Virus record (IMG/VR): IMGVR_UViG_3300036987_000088 | Span: 1-30,682 of that record | DNA: 30,682 bases | Source: a virus | Taxonomy: Duplodnaviria; Caudoviricetes | Reading direction: 5' to 3' (one strand) | In this document: positions 7,617 through 14,350 of the stretch, piece after piece | How positions within the stretch are numbered: the first letter of the stretch is position 1 | Layout of the letters: the number at the start of each line of letters is the position of its first letter | Notes under the pieces: generated by a model | Seen by the model: the letters and a program-made list of their open reading frames with translations, nothing else | What the model was told of the DNA's origin: nothing | Database searches by the model: none | Position numbers and translations under genes: made by a program

Positions 7617-8174
7617 ATGACCGAAATCTTGGCTCGTAACGCGCTCTATGTTCCGCGGCACCGAACGGCGAGGGAGCCGCGCGGGCGCCCCGCGACCGCC
7701 ATCGACGAGGCGGATGATCAATTGAGCCGCGGCAACGTCGAGAGGCGCGTGCTGCGGGCCTGCAAGACGATCAGGGCGCTCCCTGACAGGGATCGGAAAA
7801 ACCTCTATCATTCGATGGACTGCGGGATGTGGTCGCAAGCCGTGACCGAATGGACGGCCTACGGCGCGGACACCGCGCGGGTTCGGTTCCAGCCGACCGG
7901 GCGCGACATCGACGATTGCCTCGTCGCGCTCGCTTGGTGTCGGGCGCTGGACTGTCCCCCGGAGGTCGAGTTCGGCCGCTCGCGTCGCATGGCGCGGCCT
8001 GAATTCCAGCTCGTTTGGTGCCGGTCGCGCGGTTGGGGGTTCCAGCAAATCGGGGATTCGATCGGCCGCCCGCGCAAGACGGTCGAGCGCTGGTACGATG
8101 CCGTGCTCGACAAGCTGCACAAGGAGGCGCGTTCTGCCATCGCTAAGAAGGCGGCGGCAGCGCGGTGGGGATGA
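7617..8174 (+). CDS. putative late-gene regulator/antiterminator (Q-like; C-terminal sigma4-type HTH)
   Basis: Last gene of the early operon; LVWCRSRGWGFQQIGDSIGRPRKTVERWY HTH; GAGG RBS. Confidence 0.7.
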   Translation: MTEILARNALYVPRHRTAREPRGRPATAIDEADDQLSRGNVERRVLRACKTIRALPDRDRKNLYHSMDCGMWSQAVTEWTAYGADTARVRFQPTGRDIDDCLVALAWCRALDCPPEVEFGRSRRMARPEFQLVWCRSRGWGFQQIGDSIGRPRKTVERWYDAVLDKLHKEARSAIAKKAAAARWG

Positions 8175-8220
8175 TGATTTCATCATTGAGCGCGGCTAGA
8201 ACTATGTGCGAAGTGTAGCG

Positions 8221-8400
8221 CTATTTCGTGGCCTGTCTGCTTTTCTTCGTCCACTCCTCGAGGATGCGGACGACGAGAGACGCGAGTGGTCGGCCGTCGA
8301 TCTCTGCGGCGGCGGCGAGGGCGTCGCGGAGGCTGGGCTTGATGCGCAGTGCGATATTCACGGAGCGCCGCTCTGGCGTGGGGGCGTTGGCGCGGGTCAT
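8221..8400 (-). CDS. Arc-like ribbon-helix-helix protein (59 aa; not in the ORF track)
   Basis: MTRANAPTPERRSVNIALRIKPSLRDALAAAAEIDGRPLASLVVRILEEWTKKSRQATK; GAGGA RBS. Confidence 0.8.
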   Translation of the reverse strand: MTRANAPTPERRSVNIALRIKPSLRDALAAAAEIDGRPLASLVVRILEEWTKKSRQATK

Positions 8401-8413
8401 TGTGGCGGCGTCC

Positions 8414-8740
8414 TCAATTAGCGAGCGCGCGGAAGGTTTCGCGTCTGGCGTCCCATATGCCGCCCTCGGCTATCGCATCGCGCTCTGCGATAGCCTTGGT
8501 TTCGCCCCACGATCGCCAAATCGCGTCGGCGAGTTCGGCGAGGGCGCGCGATGATATAGCGGCGATCGTGGCCTCTGGGACTGCATCGATCACGGCCTCA
8601 AATGAGGCGTGGCACGGGCCTATCGTCGCGAGCTGCTTGGCGCGGGCGATCTTGACTTTATGGACCACGATGATATCCTCCGATTGTCGCCGCGCTCGCG
8701 CGGTGGGGATTGAAACATGCTCTGGACGAATTGTCCGCAT
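8414..8740 (-). CDS. hypothetical accessory protein
   Basis: ATG at 8740; middle gene of a leftward operon. Confidence 0.65.
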   Translation of the reverse strand: MRTIRPEHVSIPTARARRQSEDIIVVHKVKIARAKQLATIGPCHASFEAVIDAVPEATIAAISSRALAELADAIWRSWGETKAIAERDAIAEGGIWDARRETFRALAN

Positions 8741-8745
8741 AAGCG

Positions 8746-8775
8746 AGCCCCGTCTCAAAAAGAGGCGGGGCTTTT
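8746..8775. terminator. GC-rich hairpin, probable terminator
   Basis: AGCCCCGTCTC-AAAAA-GAGGCGGGGCT followed by TTT on the + strand. Confidence 0.55.
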
Positions 8776-8781
8776 GCTTGG

Positions 8782-9048
8782 CTATCGACCGGCCACGGGG
8801 GCGAATAGCTCGGGGAAGGCGTCCGCGGGGTCGTGGAGGCTAGCATCGTAGCGAGCTTTATCGTTGGCCTCGGCGATAGGGTCTATTTCGAGTTCGAGGA
8901 TTTTGCGCTTGGCAAGCCACTCGGTGAATGTGTTGATCGCACCGTAGTAGTTACGGCCGAAGGGGGCGATCGCTGCCTCTATCTCGCTCGCGGGGAGATT
9001 TTCCGCCAGCGGCGCAGATGCAAGGTATGAAAAGTCTTCTTTGGTCAT
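8782..9048 (-). CDS. hypothetical accessory protein
   Basis: GAGGA RBS; first gene after the promoter at 9093-9120. Confidence 0.75.
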   Translation of the reverse strand: MTKEDFSYLASAPLAENLPASEIEAAIAPFGRNYYGAINTFTEWLAKRKILELEIDPIAEANDKARYDASLHDPADAFPELFAPVAGR

Positions 9049-9092
9049 CTCGGGTTTCCTCGGTTCCGGCGCTCCCTGCGCCTCATGTGAGT

Positions 9093-9120
9093 ACTGTAGC
9101 GCAATGCGCTACAATGTCAA
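9093..9120 (-). promoter_or_regulatory. Leftward promoter with palindromic operator
   Basis: TTGACA (9120-9115), 16 nt, TACAGT; perfect palindrome TGTAGCGCA-A-TGCGCTACA (9095-9113). Confidence 0.75.
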
Positions 9121-9329
9121 GCGCAAAATGCGCTGTCGTGCAAAAATGTGAGGGTCGATCACGCATTCGCGCGGCTGGTCAGCATGGCGCTCCTGGCCGG
9201 TCCAGGCCTCGCCGTCGCGGCATGGACCACGGCTTGGATCGGCGCTTTGCGGCGCCGCGAGGACTAGGACTGCCGCCGATATCGCCAGGGCGACCGAGGC
9301 GAGCGCCAGCGTGACATAGGTCGGCTGGC

Positions 9330-9441
9330 CGTCCGCACCGGGTGGGCTCGAGGCGAGGATCTCGCCGATTGCCGCCGCGAGCCTGCCGCGCGCTGGTATG
9401 AGATCGCGATCGGCAGGCTGCACAAGGAGGCGCGGGCTTGA
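9330..9441 (+). pseudogene. degenerate second copy of the 3' end of the Q-like gene
   Basis: RWYEIAIGRLHKEARA* versus RWYDAVLDKLHKEAR; 18 bp identical (9417-9434 = 8114-8131). Confidence 0.65.
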
Positions 9442-9447
9442 TTATAG

Positions 9448-9693
9448 CTACTGGCGGCTGATCCACGCGGCGAGCGCGTCGCGTGTCGCGCAAATCTCGT
9501 CCAGTCGCTTGAGCACGTCGTCGAACACCCCGTGATCCGCCGGCAGCGGCGTTTTCCCGGTCAGCCAGCGGACGATGGTATTTTCGTTGACCCCCACGTC
9601 GCGCGATAGCGGCGCCTGCCAGCGCTCGCCGTGGATCGCCCTGCCGACGGCCGCGAGCACGTCATTCGGAGAGGTAGCCGGATCGAATTTCAT
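9448..9693 (-). CDS. XRE-like HTH regulator
   Basis: GRAIHGERWQAPLSRDVGVNENTIVRWLTG; GGAGG RBS. Confidence 0.8.
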   Translation of the reverse strand: MKFDPATSPNDVLAAVGRAIHGERWQAPLSRDVGVNENTIVRWLTGKTPLPADHGVFDDVLKRLDEICATRDALAAWISRQ

Positions 9694-9731
9694 TTAAAAC
9701 CTCCGTGAGAGACTGTCGGCTGGCGGAATAG

Positions 9732-10268
9732 TTACTGTGGCGCCAACCTATCGAACTCGTCGGTGATGAGAAGCCGCGCCCCACGAGGGTTTACTGGCGC
9801 GAGTGAGCCCGGGCAGTGAAAATTCAGGCTCCACTCGACACGGACTCGTCCGTGCACGGACCGGATCAATTCGACGGCCTCGATAATCGCCGCGTAATCC
9901 GGCGTGTTACAGTGGTAGCCGTCGTGAACCCCGCCGTTCCAGCGCAGACGGTTTCGGTCGCGGGGATAGATCGAGCCGAAGCGGACGACCCAGGGCACCC
10001 ACGCACGGACGTCCGTCGCGCGGAACGATTGGCCGCGATCCGCGCTTGTCATGGCTCGGGAGACACGCCATTTGCTCGGCGGCTGCGGCGTATAGCTATA
10101 CCGCGCGCAGATCATCGTGGCGTCGCCGCCTGGCGCGTGGATAATGATATCCCTGGTCGGGTTCCGTTCGAACCACTCGTTCAGTTTTTTACCGGGGATA
10201 CGGGCGGAAAAATCCCGCCCGTATTCGTCGGCTGACCAGTCTCGGCCGGCACGTGGGCGGAGGCTCAT
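9732..10268 (-). CDS. hypothetical accessory protein
   Basis: ATGA overlap with the upstream gene; GGAGG RBS. Confidence 0.6.
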   Translation of the reverse strand: MSLRPRAGRDWSADEYGRDFSARIPGKKLNEWFERNPTRDIIIHAPGGDATMICARYSYTPQPPSKWRVSRAMTSADRGQSFRATDVRAWVPWVVRFGSIYPRDRNRLRWNGGVHDGYHCNTPDYAAIIEAVELIRSVHGRVRVEWSLNFHCPGSLAPVNPRGARLLITDEFDRLAPQ

Positions 10269-10711
10269 TGCGCGGCCTCCTGCCTGAGCACGTCGGCGAG
10301 CCGGGCCACACGGACATAGCGCTCGCGGATCGTGCAGGTCCAGCGCCCCTGAAACAGGACGACGTGGAGATAGCCGGCCGGGGCCTCATCGAGGCCGGCA
10401 TATTCCTCGACGTAGACCGCGTTGCCCGCAGAGTCGATCACGGGATACACCAGATCGGAGAAATCCGTATCGTCGTCGGCAGTGCGCTCGAACGATTCCA
10501 GGAGCGGGACATCTATACAGAGGTCCGGGCGATCGGCATGAAGCCGTCGAGCTCGATCGAATACGGCGTAGACCTCGTAGTCGGATATCCGGATCGTGGG
10601 CACGTCCTCGCGGGTTGCCTGCTCGAGGGAATTCGCGAAATATCTCTCGACGGCGACGGTGGCCTCTGGGGGGAGCTGGTCGATTCGAACGGTTGGGATT
10701 TTTTTAGGCAT
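10265..10711 (-). CDS. hypothetical acidic accessory protein
   Basis: ORF in the leftward operon. Confidence 0.7.
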   Translation of the reverse strand: MPKKIPTVRIDQLPPEATVAVERYFANSLEQATREDVPTIRISDYEVYAVFDRARRLHADRPDLCIDVPLLESFERTADDDTDFSDLVYPVIDSAGNAVYVEEYAGLDEAPAGYLHVVLFQGRWTCTIRERYVRVARLADVLRQEAAQ

Positions 10712-10767
10712 TGTCGGTGTCCAAGGGTTGCGGCTCGGGGCGGTCGCGGCCGGCCCTGAAATCAGCA

Positions 10768-10814
10768 GTGACTACTCCCCCGCCTGAAGGCGGGGTTTTA
10801 CGGCGTAATCAGCG
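10768..10814 (-). mobile_element. IS200/IS605-family end remnant (PATE-like, fused ends)
   Basis: Minus strand TTAT|CGCTGATTACGCCGTAAAACCCCGCCTTCAGGCGGGGGAGTAGTCAC; hairpin CCCCGCC-TTCA-GGCGGGG resembles IS605/IS609-type subterminal palindromes (recalled, not searched). Confidence 0.55.
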
Positions 10815-11315
10815 ATAATAGGCGTAGCGGATCTCGCCGCTGCACGTGGGGTCGATCCCGTAGGTGCAGAAATCGTCGTGACGGACCACCCAGGACCGGC
10901 CGTAGCCGGTGAATTCCAGCGTCCGCCCGTCGCGGACGATCGACTGCGGAGCGGTTTTCTCGATCGGGGTAACGACGCGAACCGCGTCCTGCGTCGGGGC
11001 CGGGGTCGCTGCGACGACCCGGCGGCGCTCTCCGAGATCGACCACGCCGGCCGCGCATTTCGCCTCGGAGTCGAGCTCGACACGGAGGCTGTTCAACGCC
11101 CGATCGGCAGCCGTGAATTTATCACGGGTCGTCGTGAACTCGACCGTGTTGCCGCTAACCCAAACGTTGCGGGTCGAGCTGTTTTTGCTGATTTCATGTC
11201 CGGTCGCCTCGGCGATGGTCGCCGCGACGCGAGCCGCCGTCTCGGCTGTGTCGCAGGTGACGGCGTAGCCGCGGAGGACACCAGATTTTGCGGGGGATGT
11301 AGTGAAATGTGTCAT
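10809..11315 (-). CDS. hypothetical accessory protein (168 aa)
   Basis: ATG at 11315; first gene after the promoter at about 11369-11397. Confidence 0.7.
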   Translation of the reverse strand: MTHFTTSPAKSGVLRGYAVTCDTAETAARVAATIAEATGHEISKNSSTRNVWVSGNTVEFTTTRDKFTAADRALNSLRVELDSEAKCAAGVVDLGERRRVVAATPAPTQDAVRVVTPIEKTAPQSIVRDGRTLEFTGYGRSWVVRHDDFCTYGIDPTCSGEIRYAYYR

Positions 11316-11368
11316 CGGGCTTTCCCGTCTGTTCCGGCCGGGACATTTCCCGCGCCGTCCATAATTTG

Positions 11369-11397
11369 AATGTAGCCACATCGTCTGCATTAGTCAA
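11369..11397 (-). promoter_or_regulatory. Leftward promoter with imperfect palindrome
   Basis: TTGACT-17 nt-TACATT; inverted repeat ATGCAGAC...GGCTACAT. Confidence 0.65.
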
Positions 11398-11495
11398 TGC
11401 GCGGTCGGAGTATTTTGTGGATTTTTTTTGTGTGGCCTGTTTTTTTATGTCCTAATGTCCCGTAAAATGGTATGTGTTGGGCTAATTATCAGAAT

Positions 11496-11535
11496 ACCGC
11501 CCGGGGCCGAGAGGTTGCCGGGCGGTTTGCGTTTC
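11496..11535 (+). terminator. hairpin at the head of the late operon (tR'-like)
   Basis: ACCGCCCGG / CCGGGCGGT followed by TTGCGTTT; lies downstream of an AT-rich putative late promoter region (11400-11490). Confidence 0.5.
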
Positions 11536-11556
11536 AGGGGGCAGACCACGCGAGCA

Positions 11557-11856
11557 ATGAGGCGGCCCGACTCGTTCTACCTGTCGCATGAATGGCGTGG
11601 CAAGGGCGGGTTACGTGAGCAAGTGCTGGCCCGGGACAACTACCGGTGCGTGACGCCGGGCTGCGGGGCCAAGGCGAGCACTGTCGATCATATCGTATCG
11701 CGACGCGTCGGCGGCCAGGACCAGCTCGGCAATCTGCGCTCACTGTGCCGCGCCTGCGACAACCGGCTTAAAGAGGACGCGACGGGGCGTCGCCGGTCGG
11801 GTGGCGCGGTCCATATCACCGGTATCGACGGCTGGCCGATCGAGGGCGGCAAGTGA
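11557..11856 (+). CDS. HNH endonuclease (terminase-associated, gp74-like)
   Basis: FY..EW, VLARDNYRC..PGC, VDHI, NLRSLCRACDN. Confidence 0.9.
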   Translation: MRRPDSFYLSHEWRGKGGLREQVLARDNYRCVTPGCGAKASTVDHIVSRRVGGQDQLGNLRSLCRACDNRLKEDATGRRRSGGAVHITGIDGWPIEGGK

Positions 11857-12146
11857 TCGCCGATCGCAAGCCATGGGTCTCGCCTCATGCGCACCTGCCG
11901 GCACGTCGGCTTTTCGAGGATGCTCAGGGCGTTTCAATGAGCGGCAGCGGCGAAGGGCACAGGCCGTTGCCGGCAGGCCGCCACGATGATGCGCCGCCGC
12001 GGGCCGCGCTCGTGAAGAGCCGAGCAGAAACCCGTAACACTGGCGAGAAACCCGTAACACGCAAAGGCAAGCGTGGCCCTACTGCGGCCTACGCCTCGGC
12101 TGCCGAGAAGCAGCGCGCCTATCGCCAGCGCAAGAAGGCCACGTGA
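11853..12146 (+). CDS. hypothetical basic protein
   Basis: GTGA overlap; C-terminal AAEKQRAYRQRKK; internal AGAAACCCGTAACAC repeated twice. Confidence 0.55.
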   Translation: MIADRKPWVSPHAHLPARRLFEDAQGVSMSGSGEGHRPLPAGRHDDAPPRAALVKSRAETRNTGEKPVTRKGKRGPTAAYASAAEKQRAYRQRKKAT

Positions 12147-12160
12147 AGCCCGCATGAAGC

Positions 12161-12298
12161 CTATCTCTTGTTGAAATAGGCGTCGATAATTCTGCGGACG
12201 AGTTCCCCTATTGAGAGCCCGAGGTCTCCGGCTTCCTTGGTCAGGCGGGTGAGCTGCCTGACCGTGACGGAGATCGAGAGGCGGGGTTTGGGTGGCAT
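12161..12298 (-). CDS. CopG-type ribbon-helix-helix protein (45 aa; not in the ORF track)
   Basis: MPPKPRLSISVTVRQLTRLTKEAGDLGLSIGELVRRIIDAYFNKR; starts 4 nt after the RAMP gene stop. Confidence 0.8.
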   Translation of the reverse strand: MPPKPRLSISVTVRQLTRLTKEAGDLGLSIGELVRRIIDAYFNKR

Positions 12299-12302
12299 TG
12301 GC

Positions 12303-12869
12303 TCAGATTTCTTCGTAGGTGAACTTCACCGGTCGAAACCGGCCATTGAGGCCGCCGTTCTCGGGCCGGAACCGGCCGATGCCGACGAATCTCCCCGCCT
12401 CGATCAAATGCCGCTCGAAAACCGACTTGGTGATTGTGTCGTCGAGGATCGCGAAAGTCGCGGAGCCCTTCCACTTTGGAACCTGCGGGAATGTCCGGTT
12501 GACCCGTTTGCCGGACCCACGAACGCCGTCCGAATTGGATGAGATCGTGATGCTTGGGACTGTGGCCTTTTGCCATCCGATCGCGACATCGGATTCGCAG
12601 ATCACGCCGCCCTTGAAATGCTTCGTATATGTCGCTTTGCCTTTCCCTGGGATTTGATCACCGAGCCTCTTGGCGACCGCGTCGAGTGCCTGCTTGAATC
12701 CCATGGCGGGGATGACGATTTCTCCAGCGTCATTGGTTGTGCATTTCTCTCGCCAAGTGCGCTGTTCGTGGGCGTCGGCGCTTTCCTTTTCGAGTTTCGG
12801 CGTATCGTGCTTGCGGGACTGCGAATAGGGGGCGGTGCTTTCGAGTTCGACGGTAACGATCTTGGGCAT
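12303..12869 (-). CDS. stand-alone Cas7/RAMP-like protein (188 aa)
   Basis: N-terminal beta strand IVTVELESTAPY, IVIPAMGFKQAL helix motif, RTFPQVPKW, C-terminal Gly-rich loop AGRFVGIGRFRPENGGLNGRF. Confidence 0.7.
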   Translation of the reverse strand: MPKIVTVELESTAPYSQSRKHDTPKLEKESADAHEQRTWREKCTTNDAGEIVIPAMGFKQALDAVAKRLGDQIPGKGKATYTKHFKGGVICESDVAIGWQKATVPSITISSNSDGVRGSGKRVNRTFPQVPKWKGSATFAILDDTITKSVFERHLIEAGRFVGIGRFRPENGGLNGRFRPVKFTYEEI

Positions 12870-12885
12870 TGTGGACCCCTTGATA

Positions 12886-12945
12886 GGACGTTGCGTTGCG
12901 TTGCGTTGCGGAGCGATGCGGTGCGAGGCGGGGCGGGGCGGTGGT
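12886..12945 (-). repeat. pentamer array A: (CGC-NN)n, candidate guide RNA
   Basis: Minus strand: ACCAC CGCCC CGCCC CGCCT CGCAC CGCAT CGCTC CGCAA CGCAA CGCAA CGCAA CGTCC. Confidence 0.9.
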
Positions 12946-12949
12946 GAAC

Positions 12950-13444
12950 TCAGTTCTCCCTGCTACGCAAGAGGGCTTGCAGGGTTTCCTTGATCGGTAG
13001 GCTCTTTGCGGAGCCGCCGACTGCCTGGATCGCCCGCACGGATTGATCCGAGACTTGTGCGCGGATCGCGAGGAAAATCGACATCGTTGCGGTGGCGAGA
13101 AGTTGTTTCGACGCACTGAGCATCGAGTAATCGGCGTTGTTCAGGATTTGCGCCGATCGTTTTGCTTTTCGCCCGATTGACTTGCGGTTTGTGACCGACG
13201 CCGTCGCGATTTCATCATCGGTCAGGCGGCGTATTCCGATCTTTCGCTCGATGCCGAATTCAATCCCGGCCTCTCGGCTGAGCTGACGGCGGGCGGTTAG
13301 TAGAGCGCCGCGGAACTTGGAGATCGGCTTCCCGACAGCGGCTTCCATTTCCGCGTATGTGAAGGTTTGTCCGAAGGTGGCGGGCTCGAGCATGTTGCGG
13401 AGAATGCGGGAGTCTTCACTGGTTTCAAATGTCAGGGTTGGCAT
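12950..13444 (-). CDS. RAMP-associated protein with a winged-helix-like N-terminus (164 aa)
   Basis: GAGGA RBS, ATG at 13444; GQTFTYAEMEAAVG...ALLTARRQLSRE.GIEFGIERKIGIRRL. Confidence 0.75.
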   Translation of the reverse strand: MPTLTFETSEDSRILRNMLEPATFGQTFTYAEMEAAVGKPISKFRGALLTARRQLSREAGIEFGIERKIGIRRLTDDEIATASVTNRKSIGRKAKRSAQILNNADYSMLSASKQLLATATMSIFLAIRAQVSDQSVRAIQAVGGSAKSLPIKETLQALLRSREN

Positions 13445-13457
13445 CGTGTCCTCATTA

Positions 13458-13507
13458 GATCGTTGCGTTGCGGGGCGTCGCGTAGCGCGGGGTGACGCGC
13501 GGCGACG
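13458..13507 (-). repeat. pentamer array B: (CGC-NN)n, more degenerate
   Basis: Minus strand: CGTCG CCGCG CGTCA CCCCG CGCTA CGCGA CGCCC CGCAA CGCAA CGATC. Confidence 0.8.
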
Positions 13508-13767
13508 AAGGGCGTCTCTGACGAGCAGGTCTGCGCCGCGGACTACCTCTATGCCCAAGACGCGGCCGGGTGGGTCTCGTGGGTGCGCCCTCACAGGCGC
13601 CTGATGGGAGCCACGGGCCAGAGCGAGAAGGGGTGCATCAGAGCCATAGAGCGCGCCATCCGCAGGGGCTACCTAGAGGCCGGGTATCGGTTGAGCTGCC
13701 GTCCCTCATCGGCAAAGGATACGCGATGATCGGCAAGGCCGAGCCGAACAGGTGCATGGCATCATAA
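13499..13767 (+). pseudogene. start-less, frameshifted small phage gene
   Basis: ATKGVSDEQVC...ATGQSEKGCIRAIERAIRRGYLE, then a frame change to VSVELPSLIGKG; in-frame TGA at 13493 and no start codon. Confidence 0.5.
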
Positions 13768-13769
13768 AA

Positions 13770-13870
13770 CGGTAGACCTACCGGCGGGGGGGTGGTGAAT
13801 CTCCACGAAGTCCGGCATATGTACCGGGGCATTCCGAACGCGCACAACGCCGCGAAACCAAAACCGTTTT
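13770..13870. other. probable cos/packaging region
   Basis: Directly upstream of terS; palindrome CGGTAG-AC-CTACCG, G-run GGGGGGGTGGTGAATCTC and CGCGAAA, as typical of HNH-cos-terS phages. Confidence 0.5.
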
Positions 13871-13879
13871 AGGATCAAT

Positions 13880-14350
13880 ATGGTAGGCCGTCCACCAAAG
13901 CCGACACACCTTCGAGTTGTCGCCGGGAACGCTGGCAAGCGGGCACTGAACAAGCGCGAGCCGAAGCCGATGCGGTCGCGGCCGAGCGCGCCGGCGCATC
14001 TTTCGGAGAAGGCGCGCGAGACATGGGGCTACGTCTCAGGGCTACTCGATCGCATGGGCGTGCTGACCGAGGCTGACGGCATCGCGTTGGAGATGCTGTG
14101 CGAGGCCTATGCCGATTATCTGCGAGCGCGGGCTGACCTCGCCGCGCACGGGTCGAATTACTACGAGACGATCAATGCGCAGGGCGGCGTGATGCATCGC
14201 CCGTATCCGGCTGTTGCTGTGATGCAGGACGCGGATCGCCGGATCAAGACGTGGGTTGCCGATTTCGGTTTGTCGCCGTCTGCAAGAACGAGGATTCAGA
14301 CAGGGAATGGTGCGGAGAAAGACGACCCCGCCGAATCGTACTTCGGGTAA
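13880..14350 (+). CDS. terS: terminase small subunit, P27 family
   Basis: GRPPKPTHLRVVAGNAGKRALN, P.HLS, FGLSPSARTRI. Confidence 0.92.
   Translation: MVGRPPKPTHLRVVAGNAGKRALNKREPKPMRSRPSAPAHLSEKARETWGYVSGLLDRMGVLTEADGIALEMLCEAYADYLRARADLAAHGSNYYETINAQGGVMHRPYPAVAVMQDADRRIKTWVADFGLSPSARTRIQTGNGAEKDDPAESYFG

Noticed and set aside
6675-8186. 503-aa minus-strand ORF
   Set aside because: GC-rich antisense shadow of three coupled + strand genes
9109-9423. 104-aa minus ORF with a hydrophobic stretch
   Set aside because: Runs into a promoter, overlaps the Q remnant and has no clear RBS; a short membrane peptide remains possible
11740-11765. HNH terminal His replaced by Asp (CRACDN)
   Set aside because: Asp can still ligate metal; insufficient grounds to call the enzyme inactive or novel
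12886-13507. Interpretation as a CRISPR array or as coding ATQRNAT-type peptide repeats
   Set aside because: No 25-40 nt repeats with spacers; the period is 5 and the arrays are intergenic
13839-13868. Possible gapped match of array B dinucleotides to the cos-proximal sequence
   Set aside because: Only about 12 of 20 positions match, which is not distinguishable from chance
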